DNA of 27,644 bases from a virus (lineage: Duplodnaviria; Caudoviricetes), in the IMG/VR virus record IMGVR_UViG_3300025723_000135, positions 1-27,644 of that record. One strand, 5' to 3'. The position numbers and the translations under genes are program-made. This document shows, piece after piece, positions 1 to 9,800 of this stretch; position 1 is the first letter of the stretch, and each line of letters begins with the position of its first letter. The notes below the pieces were generated by a model, which saw nothing but the letters and a program-made list of their open reading frames with translations, made no database searches and was not told the DNA's origin.

Positions 1-182
1 TTGCAGCGGGGGGAGCAGTAAATTCAATAAACGCAGGAACCAATGTAGTATATAATGTTAATGTAAGCGTAGATAAGATAGATTCAACTGTAGATATGAA
101 GAAAGCAATTGATGAAGCATTAAAGTCTGCAGAATCAAGAGCAAAAATGAGTGGTTCAAGAAGTTATGTGGGGTATAATTAA
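1..182 (+). CDS. 3' end of probable tape measure protein (partial, not in ORF track)
   Basis: Frame starting at base 3 is open to TAA 180-182: AAGGAVNSINAGTNVVYNVNVSVDKIDSTVDMKKAIDEALKSAESRAKMSGSRSYVGYN. An (F)AxGG motif followed by an 'xNxNV' strand is typical of tape measure C-termini; TAATG overlap with the next tail gene. Confidence 0.7.
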   Translation, partial: AAGGAVNSINAGTNVVYNVNVSVDKIDSTVDMKKAIDEALKSAESRAKMSGSRSYVGYN

Positions 183-748
183 TGTCATATGCAATTAATG
201 CTGGTATTGAAGTATCAGTTGGACACGATATTAGTGATAATCCAACTACAGATCCCGCACAAATGGTTTGGTACAATTTAACAGATGATAATCGTCAACC
301 AGTAAAGCTTGGCTATGAGGTTATTGAAAAAACAAATCGTATGGCTGATGGAACTTTACGTCGTTATGTTATTGCAAGAAAATATAAAATTACATCTTCA
401 TGGCAGAATGCTTGGAGTAATACAGCAGCCAATTCTGATGGAAATAAAGGAATGTCTTGGCTTAGATCATTTTATGAAGCAAATGTTTTTATTCCAATAT
501 ATGTGAGAGTAACTGCTGCTTCAGTAAATACACAAAATATTGCAACAACTCCTGGATTTGTACCAACAGAAACAGTTGCAAACGTGTATAAATATAATTC
601 TGCAGACACATATATTCCATCAATTGTTGCAAATCAATCTGCAAACATGGTTTATAATGTATTTATTACTTCTTTTGATTATGAAGTAATAAAAAGAAAC
701 AAAAACTTTGATTTAGTTAATGTTAATATAGAGTTTACGGAGATCTAA
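182..748 (+). CDS. Minor tail protein, distal-tail (Dit)-like
   Basis: 188 aa; RMADGTLRRYVIARKYKITSSW and C-terminal 'VNIEFTEI' strand; lies between tape measure and hub genes. Confidence 0.65.
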   Translation: MSYAINAGIEVSVGHDISDNPTTDPAQMVWYNLTDDNRQPVKLGYEVIEKTNRMADGTLRRYVIARKYKITSSWQNAWSNTAANSDGNKGMSWLRSFYEANVFIPIYVRVTAASVNTQNIATTPGFVPTETVANVYKYNSADTYIPSIVANQSANMVYNVFITSFDYEVIKRNKNFDLVNVNIEFTEI

Positions 749-3700
749 TGCTAGGCTCCTCAAATGTTCAACAGTACTTTGCTTCTGGTAATTCTCATTA
801 TGTGCTCCCACAAACATCTTTAGAGTGGAATTATAATTTATTTTATGCTCCATATGTTTCTATAAATGGCTCAGCAACCCCCACATTAATTTCTGGTACA
901 TGGAGCAATGCTCCAACAACAGTTGCAAGTGGTCGGATAACCAGTGTATTTTTAGCAGACACATTACAAACAACAAGATCTTGTTATTCATTTAATACAA
1001 CAAATGGATCAGGTGATTCATCTATTACAATTCCTCTTTCTTCTACAACAAATACATATAAAGTAACATTTTGGGCTAAAGTAAACACAGATGCCGAAGT
1101 CAATCTATCAGCCTTGTTATACATTGATTATCATAGAGCACACTCATCTTCACAAAAAATAAATAGTGTTAGCTGGACTAAATTTGAAATTTATTTAAGC
1201 CCCCAACCTCTAGGAACTGCTTATTCTAACCCAACCCTTTCTTTGCATCATGGCGCTACAGATGGAGCAACATCTTATGGTGTTTTAATTGATCAATTAG
1301 AAATGCATCAAACAAGTGATTTTGAATATCGTTATGGAAATTTATGGACAACATCCTCTCCATTTAAAGCTTTCCGACCAGGCGAAAGTTTTGTTCCATC
1401 AGGAAACTCTTTATGTCAACTGCCAACAAACTTTAGACAAATCAGTACTAACTTAGGCGGGAGCTGGAACAATCAAATAATGCCAGTAAGTCCAGTATCC
1501 TATCATCCAACATTAATAGGTACAAATTCTTTTAATCCAGTTTATAAGAATGGTTCTTTATCTGAATGGTCACAATATAAGTATTTTGTTGCTGATTCTT
1601 CATCCCCCACAATATCTGGAGTTTATGATCAAACTTTAAATGTCAATAAAATTGTTATTAAGTTTAATTTGGCTTATTCAAAACCATCGTCTTTTACAGT
1701 AAATTTAGCAGGAGAAACAAATACATTTGCTGGAGGATATTCTTCTACATATTCCTATAGTCAAACATACTCTGGATCAGATATTGATAGCTCTGGAACA
1801 TGTATACTTTATTATCAATCTAATGGCTCATGGGTCTCTGGTTTAAATGGGGGCACATGGACGGGGACTGTAGATACAACTACAATGCCAGGAACGCCAT
1901 CATTTAACTTTAATGGAGATATAAAATTTGGCGGGTCTAAAGGTGGAACAACAAATGCTACAATAGCCATTAACTCTATACAAGTAACACAAAATTCCTC
2001 AACTATTTCAAATTCATACTCCAGCTCTGTTAATGAAAATTTAGATGGATCAACTTCTCGTACATCTAAATCATCAGAATTTTTAAGGATGCAGGTTGTG
2101 GAGATATCTCCTAGATTAGAGATTGATGTTTCTTATTATACAATGTCTGTAAATACTCAAGCAGAACTTGATAATAAACAAAATCCACTTCCAATTTCCG
2201 CCATATCAGCAAACATGGCAACAATTACATTATCTAACGTTCCATTAACCGTAAGTAATCAAGTTTTAAGCTTATTTTCAAACAATTCTTCAAGTTCTGT
2301 CCTTAAAGGTTTGTTTAGAAATTACGTTAAATGTTATGTTAATTATAGAATTATAGATAGTATAACAGGAACAACTTCGTCAGATAGAGTAATACATGGC
2401 GGAGTATTTTATGTTGATACCTGGGATGTTAAAGATATAGAAAAAACTGTCATTACAGCATATGATATAACAAAGTATCTGCAACTAGCACAGCCAACAG
2501 ATTATGTTGCACAAACTGAAGATGCATTTAGGCTTATAAGCAATATCTTAGACTTTGCTGGTTTTACAGATTATGATTATGATTCTCTTAAAAGAGTAAC
2601 ATCATCAACAACAGCCCTAGTAGATGGATCCAACATTAAAAGTACAGCGCCAATAAAAATTAGATATTTTTATGTTGACGGAACTCAACAAAAAGTTTAT
2701 GATGTTCTTAGAGAAATATTTGAAGTTTATCAAATTGCAGCATACATAGATGTGTATGGTGTTATGAAATTTATAAATTTTGATGGCATTTTTGATAAAA
2801 ATAATCTTATAAATATGCAGCTTCATGATTCATCTGCTCCCTTATCAATTTCTACTTCAAATGGTTATACAAACAACTTAACCGTTTATCCAAATATAGT
2901 TCAAGATACATATCAAGAATCAACAAAGACTAAAGTGGGCAAAATTAATTTTACTTATAAAACACCTCAAATTGAAAAAACCATTGCATCTGATACAAGG
3001 CTTTTAAATAATAATTTATATGTAGACAGTGCTCCAACATTTACAAATAAAACAAATGCTATTTGGGATTCAACTATTGATGACGCAACAACTTATAATA
3101 CTCTTGCAAAAAGCATGAGTTTGTCAGACACCTATTTTACTGTACCAACATACGAAGCAACAGCTGCAAGCACAGAGCAACCAATATTTAGATCTTATGG
3201 AATAGATCATAGTGGATACGGAATTATTGAAAATGAAATAGTAAGTTTTAAATACAAAGAATTTAGCTATGTTGGTCCTTCAATTAATACTACAAGATCT
3301 ATTGCTAACTCTGCCGAGTTTTCTTCAAAGTTTGCAGAAATAAGTACCTTGGCGGGTAATTCACCATTTCAAGTACAAGCAACAGGAAGAATAACAAATG
3401 TAGATAGAGGTCAATTTAATACACCAATTTCATCACATATAGTTATGTCAACAACATATGATATACAACAAAGGTTTGATATTTCTAATGCATCGTATAC
3501 ACCAACAATTAGTACAAATGGAAATATACTTTTATCTGGAAATTCTGGCTGGACTTCAAAAATAACAGCGTTAGACCCTTATTCTATAAATGGAAGTACG
3601 AATAATTATAATACTTTTTCAACAAAAATTTTAATAAATACTAGAGCTGACGATAATAGTTGGGTTCCAATGCGTTATCCAGATAGTTCTTATGGTTTAG

Positions 3701-4944
3701 TTTTACATGATTCATCTCAAAATGCAAGTATTTTTGTTATGATTAATCAACAAACTTTAAATAATGTAACAAAATATTATTTAGACGTAAGACAAAACTC
3801 TGCTGTTGGGCCAACACTCCTTTCATACAATAACGGAAATTCGCTAGGTTTAGACATAACAGAAGCTATATCTGGACAAGCAAAAGCATACCCCCCTTTC
3901 TCAGCTCTAGAAACTTTTGGTGAATATATTAATCTTAAATTTGTAAAAAGTACTGAAACAAAAAATATTTTTGAAGTTTATATAAATAAGAAAAAAATAT
4001 TTTTATCTACAAAATCTAATATAACCTTAGACACTTCTGGAAAATTTGGAATATTTGCTTCAGCTTTATTATCATCTTCTTCTCCAATAGCATCAATTGA
4101 ATTTTCAGAAGTATATGCAACTCAAAGTGCTTTATTAACTGCTGATTATTTTTATCATTATCAACTGCCTTGGTTTGCTGAAAAACTATCAAGTAATAAA
4201 AAAATATTTGAAATTAATTATATGGTGCAATCAAAACCTTCAATTATAGGAATAAACTATTATGATATAAAAGATTCACAAGCTCCATCGCTTGATGCCT
4301 ACCCATTAAAACTATCTTATGATTGGTACTATTATCTTGATGGCGCTGCACCAACAACTATTCCAGTTAATTCCCCAGCAGCAAAATTAGCTACAAATGG
4401 TAAAATAAAAAGTGTACAGGTGTCAAGTTTAGCAAATAAAAATATTGGTTTGCCTTCAATACCTGTTGATAAAAATTCATTAACATATTCTCCAATTTAT
4501 CATTCTGGATTTAGAAGTAGATTTGCAATTATTAATAATTCACCATGTCAAATTTGGTTAAAAAAATCACCAGACTCTGTAAACAAAATTAATGTAGATT
4601 TTAGTTTAATTACAGATTCATTAATAACGCTCGGAGATGACGTAGTAATGGAAAAAGTTTTTGATATTGAAAATATTAATGAAACTGTAGACATTACTAC
4701 AAGTTGGGTTCAGGATGAAAATACAGCCTCAGCAATATTAAGATCAATATACAGGGCTCTAGATGGATTTACAAGAGACACGACAATATCTATATATGGC
4801 AACCCTTTGTATGAAATTGGAGATATTGTTGTAATTAACTATGGTTTAAAAAATATAGTAAATCAAAAATATTTTGTTCAAGGAATTACTCAAAATTTTG
4901 ATACAGGATTAACAACTACGCTTGTTTTAAATCAAATAGTTTAA
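748..4944 (+). CDS. Large minor tail / baseplate hub protein with N-terminal carbohydrate-binding-like module
   Basis: 1398 aa; GGVFYVDTW..ITAYD and C-terminal ISIYGNPLYEIGDIVVINY..KYFVQGITQNF..TTLVL are hub-type beta-barrel motifs; TYKVTFWAK..WTKFE..IDQLE resembles a CBM4/9-like jelly roll. Confidence 0.75.
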   Translation: MLGSSNVQQYFASGNSHYVLPQTSLEWNYNLFYAPYVSINGSATPTLISGTWSNAPTTVASGRITSVFLADTLQTTRSCYSFNTTNGSGDSSITIPLSSTTNTYKVTFWAKVNTDAEVNLSALLYIDYHRAHSSSQKINSVSWTKFEIYLSPQPLGTAYSNPTLSLHHGATDGATSYGVLIDQLEMHQTSDFEYRYGNLWTTSSPFKAFRPGESFVPSGNSLCQLPTNFRQISTNLGGSWNNQIMPVSPVSYHPTLIGTNSFNPVYKNGSLSEWSQYKYFVADSSSPTISGVYDQTLNVNKIVIKFNLAYSKPSSFTVNLAGETNTFAGGYSSTYSYSQTYSGSDIDSSGTCILYYQSNGSWVSGLNGGTWTGTVDTTTMPGTPSFNFNGDIKFGGSKGGTTNATIAINSIQVTQNSSTISNSYSSSVNENLDGSTSRTSKSSEFLRMQVVEISPRLEIDVSYYTMSVNTQAELDNKQNPLPISAISANMATITLSNVPLTVSNQVLSLFSNNSSSSVLKGLFRNYVKCYVNYRIIDSITGTTSSDRVIHGGVFYVDTWDVKDIEKTVITAYDITKYLQLAQPTDYVAQTEDAFRLISNILDFAGFTDYDYDSLKRVTSSTTALVDGSNIKSTAPIKIRYFYVDGTQQKVYDVLREIFEVYQIAAYIDVYGVMKFINFDGIFDKNNLINMQLHDSSAPLSISTSNGYTNNLTVYPNIVQDTYQESTKTKVGKINFTYKTPQIEKTIASDTRLLNNNLYVDSAPTFTNKTNAIWDSTIDDATTYNTLAKSMSLSDTYFTVPTYEATAASTEQPIFRSYGIDHSGYGIIENEIVSFKYKEFSYVGPSINTTRSIANSAEFSSKFAEISTLAGNSPFQVQATGRITNVDRGQFNTPISSHIVMSTTYDIQQRFDISNASYTPTISTNGNILLSGNSGWTSKITALDPYSINGSTNNYNTFSTKILINTRADDNSWVPMRYPDSSYGLVLHDSSQNASIFVMINQQTLNNVTKYYLDVRQNSAVGPTLLSYNNGNSLGLDITEAISGQAKAYPPFSALETFGEYINLKFVKSTETKNIFEVYINKKKIFLSTKSNITLDTSGKFGIFASALLSSSSPIASIEFSEVYATQSALLTADYFYHYQLPWFAEKLSSNKKIFEINYMVQSKPSIIGINYYDIKDSQAPSLDAYPLKLSYDWYYYLDGAAPTTIPVNSPAAKLATNGKIKSVQVSSLANKNIGLPSIPVDKNSLTYSPIYHSGFRSRFAIINNSPCQIWLKKSPDSVNKINVDFSLITDSLITLGDDVVMEKVFDIENINETVDITTSWVQDENTASAILRSIYRALDGFTRDTTISIYGNPLYEIGDIVVINYGLKNIVNQKYFVQGITQNFDTGLTTTLVLNQIV

Positions 4945-4958
4945 TTTAAGCGTAAAAA

Positions 4959-4978
4959 TGATATAATTTAGGGGAGGT
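4959..4978 (+). promoter_or_regulatory. Extended -10 promoter (TGATATAAT) and Shine-Dalgarno (GGGGAGGT)
   Basis: TGATATAAT 4959-4967 in the intergenic gap; GGGGAGGT 4971-4978; ATG 4984. Confidence 0.7.
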
Positions 4979-4983
4979 AAAAA

Positions 4984-5874
4984 ATGACAATCCAGCAAAA
5001 TAGAAGCACAAAAAGCCAAGCCAAAGGCTCCCTTGCCTTATCCACTAAAAAAAGAAATGTTATTTATATATCTCAACACGACCCTAGAAATAATCCGCAA
5101 TATATAAATAGTCATCCAGGACAAATTGTTGTCTTAGACGATGCAAGTTTTGCTTTATATTTAAAACAACAAAATATTAATACTTCAGATAATTTAAGTG
5201 CACCTGGAAGCTCAAGTGGAATGCTGTTAAGTGATGATGAATCTTTAACTGATTTTCCTAATGCTTTAAATGATCTTGCTGTTCCAGGAAAACCAGTATG
5301 GAATCCTTCAGACATTACTTATGTTTCAACAGATACAGGAATATTTGAAAATATCACAATAACTTTTGAGCGTTCAAAAGGCGACCCTGGAGATGGTTCT
5401 TATACATATCATGTTAATTATATGAAAAGTACTCCCCCACCTGCTGGTGGCGGAAGTTCTGGTGGCGGATCAACTGGCGGAACAACTGGTGGCGGATCAA
5501 GCGGAGGGTCAAGTGGCGGTGGTCAAGGAACTTTAAACCCAGTTGGAACAATTACAACAATTAATCATACATCATCATTTTTTGCAATTCAATGGAAAGC
5601 TTTGCCAAATGCAGTACATTATACTGTAACAGTAAAAGGATGGGATATACCAGGAAAACCTTTTGCTGTTGATACACATTCTTATGTGGTTCCTTCTGCA
5701 GGCGGTAGCAGTAGCAATAGTTCTTACGCAGTTGGTTCATTAAATTATGGATTATATTCATTTACTTTAACATCAGCAACAGGATTACCATTTACTGGCA
5801 CATATAACATATCTGTTCAAGTAAATTATGCAAATGGATCTTCAACGGGGGTAGCATATAATGTCACAATTTAA
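4984..5874 (+). CDS. Tail-associated protein with Gly/Ser linker and fibronectin type III-like domains
   Basis: 296 aa; PPPAGGGSSGGGSTGGTTGGGSSGGSSGGGQG linker; FAIQWKALPNAVHYTVTV..GTYNISVQV fits an FN3/Ig pattern; tail module context. Confidence 0.55.
   Translation: MTIQQNRSTKSQAKGSLALSTKKRNVIYISQHDPRNNPQYINSHPGQIVVLDDASFALYLKQQNINTSDNLSAPGSSSGMLLSDDESLTDFPNALNDLAVPGKPVWNPSDITYVSTDTGIFENITITFERSKGDPGDGSYTYHVNYMKSTPPPAGGGSSGGGSTGGTTGGGSSGGSSGGGQGTLNPVGTITTINHTSSFFAIQWKALPNAVHYTVTVKGWDIPGKPFAVDTHSYVVPSAGGSSSNSSYAVGSLNYGLYSFTLTSATGLPFTGTYNISVQVNYANGSSTGVAYNVTI
5444..5523 (+). repeat. Low-complexity Gly-codon repeat
   Basis: CTGGTGGCGGA at 5444, 5459 and 5486; the 15-mer CTGGTGGCGGATCAA is exact at 5459-5473 and 5486-5500. 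Confidence 0.85.
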
Positions 5875-6799
5875 AGGTACATACGTATTTAAACAAAACG
5901 GATTAGAAATTGGAAGATCAAAAAACATTATTACAACTAATGGTCGTAAGATGATTTTAGAGTACTTGTCTGGCTCAAGACAAAATTGGGCAGCAGATAT
6001 GGCAATAGGTGCAATGCCAACAAATATATCGGGCGGTTCTCCAGCAATTTCAGATACACAATTAAATTTTGAAACTTCCAGGCAACCAGTAACACTAAAA
6101 AGCTTTATATCAGCAACAACCATTGATCCAGATTTAATAGTTGTAAGAGCAACATTTCCAACTGATCTATATGCTAATATTTATGAGGTTGGATTATATG
6201 CAGTAACAAGTACTGGTTTTTCAACTTCAACAAGAAATAATTTTATATTGTCAGATTTTTCAAACTTAACGTATTGGAATGCAACATCAGGCTCAGTAAC
6301 TACAAATAGTTTTATTCCTCAAGGATATAATTCTCCAAGAATTGGTTCAAATTCAATTAATATTCCTTCAAGCACAACATATTTAAATTCTAATTTATCA
6401 ATAGGCTTTACAAATTATACAAATGTTGATTCACTTCAATTATTAGCTTTTAATACATCTGCGGGTATAGTTACTGTTACCCTAACTGATGTTTCAGGAA
6501 AAAATCAAAACATATTGTTTACCACAACAAATAACACTGGTTATTCAGTTTTATCACAAATTTTTGATCAAAATACATCCAGCAGCAACTATACTTCAGT
6601 TATAAATTTTAGCGCAATAACTCAAATTCAAGTTGCAACTGATTCAAGTGCATCTCTTACGCTTGATGCAATAAAAGTTGTAAGCGCAAATGAAATTTCA
6701 ACAGAAGAATCAATAGTCAGTAAATCAGTTTTATCAACACCAATTCCTAAAAATCCAAACATCCCTTTGGATGTAGAATATTATGTAGAGTTGTTGTAG
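5861..6799 (+). CDS. Minor tail protein, tail-collar/fibre-attachment-like fold with inserted jelly-roll
   Basis: 312 aa; NIITTNGR..MAIG..DTQL..E..R..IYEVGLY and C-terminal SKSVLSTPIPK..VEYYV resemble DUF3751-type fibre N-terminal domains. Confidence 0.6.
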   Translation: MSQFKGTYVFKQNGLEIGRSKNIITTNGRKMILEYLSGSRQNWAADMAIGAMPTNISGGSPAISDTQLNFETSRQPVTLKSFISATTIDPDLIVVRATFPTDLYANIYEVGLYAVTSTGFSTSTRNNFILSDFSNLTYWNATSGSVTTNSFIPQGYNSPRIGSNSINIPSSTTYLNSNLSIGFTNYTNVDSLQLLAFNTSAGIVTVTLTDVSGKNQNILFTTTNNTGYSVLSQIFDQNTSSSNYTSVINFSAITQIQVATDSSASLTLDAIKVVSANEISTEESIVSKSVLSTPIPKNPNIPLDVEYYVELL

Positions 6800-6805
6800 G
6801 AATAA

Positions 6806-9800
6806 ATGGCAACCGAAAGTTTACCAGTTGAAGGATTAACGCCAAATGAAAATTATACAATTATGGTGTTTGCAACGTACACAGACCCATCTGGAAAACT
6901 ACATACATCTCCTTACTCACCAGCGTTAGCAATTTCAACACCAGCAGTTTCAGCAAGTGGTGGTAATTTTCAAACAAAAAATTATGGTACAGATATATCA
7001 TTAAGTGGTGGATCTTTATTTGCAGGAGATTTTCCAGCCGATATTGGACAAGTTGATTTAATTAATGGATCAGTTAGCGGAACTGGAGTTGTATTAAATA
7101 GTACAGGACTTGCTGGATTTGCAAATGGAACAAAACAATTTTATATTGATTCTGCAACAGGAAAAGCATATTTTGCGGGAACAGTAACAGCAGGTACAGT
7201 CCAAATTGGACCCAATGTTAATAATACTGGAAAAGATGGCATATATATAAATGCATATAATTATTGGTATTCAGATGGTTCATGGTCTGCAAAAGGTTCA
7301 GATATTGCTGGAGCTTTAGTAGGATCTCAAATATTAAAACCAGGGGCAGTTTCAAGTCTAGCAAGTAATTGGAATTCTTCAACAAATTTAACAATATCTT
7401 GGACATTTGATACAACAGCAATCTCAGCTGGAAATTATTCAAATCAAAACACACAAACTTTTATTTTATCTCTTACGGCGGGAGGTAATACAAAAACAGT
7501 ACTTGTAAAAGCAAATACATCAAGCCCATCACAATCATATGTTTTAACTCCAACATTAAATAAATCTATATTTGGAGTTCCTCAAACTGTTTTTACAAGC
7601 ATTTCTGTTGTTGCACAAGACACATTTGGAAACCTAGGCTTAGCTGCTTCTCCAATAACAGGAGCAACTTATGTTAGCCCACTTGCAATTCCAACTTCTT
7701 TAAGTGTTACTCCAATTAATAATGGATATAATGTTACAGCAAATCCATCAACTATTTTTTCAGATCCAAATTTTCAATCAATGCAGATTTCAGAATCAAC
7801 TATTTCAGCTACATCATGGAATTCAACAAACTTTAATGTTGTTAATCAAGGCACAGTAAATCCAGTTTCAGTACTTACCTCAGATTTAAATACAAGATGG
7901 GTATCAGCAAGTTTTGTAGATGTTTTAGGCGGGACAAATGGATGGTCTTCAGTATATTCAGTAACTCCAAATTCACCAGTTACCATTAATACTAATGCTC
8001 CAAATGAAGTAAATTCTGTATCTGGTTCATTTTCAAATAGTGGAAGCGGAAATGATGTAAATATAAGTTTAACTGTTTATAACATATCAGGAATAACAGC
8101 CACAAACACTAGTGGCAATTCAATGGTTTATAGCTCTGGAAGCACACCTCATGGATTTGCCTCTGGAGATCAAATTAAAATAACTGGCATGTCAATATCT
8201 GGCTATAATGCAACTGGACTCATTACTGTAATTTCTTCAACATCTTTTTCAATGAGTGGAACTACTACTGGATCAGCAACTGGAGGAACAGCTCAGTATT
8301 CTGGAATTAGTTATATTGCAAAACTTATATCTGGTTCTTCTAGTGGTTATTTTTATTTAAATCTAGACGGAACTGGCAACACATCACAATCATTTACAAT
8401 ATCTTCCGCAAACATTTATTCACAACTTGGAGCATATTATTCCACATTATCTGGAACATTAATATCTGTAAATTCTTCAGGAATTAGAAGTGGTGGAAAA
8501 TCTATTGCTTCATTTTCAAGAAATTCAACAATTACTTCAATAACCCCAAGTCCATCAATAAGTGCATCAGTAAATGGATTTGTAGTTTCGTCTGATTTTT
8601 CAAATACAACAGCAGCATATCTTGAAGTTTATGGCCAATATTATACATGGACCACTTCAGAATTATCTTCAAATTTTCCAGATTACATGACTGCAACTTA
8701 TTCTTCAGGAGGAGCTGCTGGAACTAATACTGTAACATTAACTAATTTTTTAAATGAAGATGGATTAACAATTTCTCCAAGTTTATATTTAGGCTATACA
8801 ATTACTGGAAGCAATATACCTTCAAATACTTTTGTTTCTGCAGTTTCTGGTAGTGGTCCCACATATACATTAACTTTGTCAACGTACAGCTCTGGATCTA
8901 TTGTCGCATCTAATTTTAGCGGTAGTGGGGCTACGGGTACATATAAAATAAATGCTTTGCTTTATTCAGGATCTAATCCAGCAAATATATATTCAACTTT
9001 TTATGCTCCGACATACTTGGTTGTAGTTTACTATGATTTATTTGGAAATCGTTCTCTTCCATCTACAACAGGAAGCAGTTTATTTACACCAATTAATCCT
9101 ACAACATCTTTAATTAATTCTGCGGTTCAAGTAGGTGGAACGGCAGGAGCAATTTATGTAGGAGCATCAGCATCAACTGGAGCAAGAATACTCCTAGGAG
9201 TAGATTCATATTACAATACAGGAAATAATTCATACTCTGGAATATTTGCATATGATGGATCAGCAACAACTAATGCCGCACCAACTACATCAATAATTTC
9301 AAATGCTGGAAGTGGTGGTTATACTTTTTCAACAACAAATGCAAAAATTGCAGACTGGTCTATTAACTCAACACAAATACAAAACACACTTGGATCTGCA
9401 AGTAATTATGTTGGTTTATCAGCAACAGGCAAATATTCTTTTTGGGCTGGAGCAACCACATCTGGCAATTCATCAGACAATGCTAGTTTTAGCGTAACCC
9501 CTACTGGAAACGTACTGGCAAAAAATATATCAATTGTTGGTAGTGGAACAATAACTGGAGTCAACGCAACTGCAACTGGCGGGGTTATGACATATACTAC
9601 TACTTCAGCACATGGCTTAGTTGTAGGACAATTAATTAGCATAACTGGAATGACATCAGGATATAACATAACAAATAAAGCTATTGAATCTGTTCCAACA
9701 CCAACAACATTTACAGTAACTGGTACTGGAATAGGATCTGTATCAAATGGAGTTATAACTCCAATACTTATTTCATCTGGCAATACATTTACAGTAGACG

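Noticed and set aside
5443-5450. E. coli Chi sequence GCTGGTGG (also near 10832 and 12065)
   Set aside because: Explained by Ala-Gly-Gly codons; no evidence of an enterobacterial host
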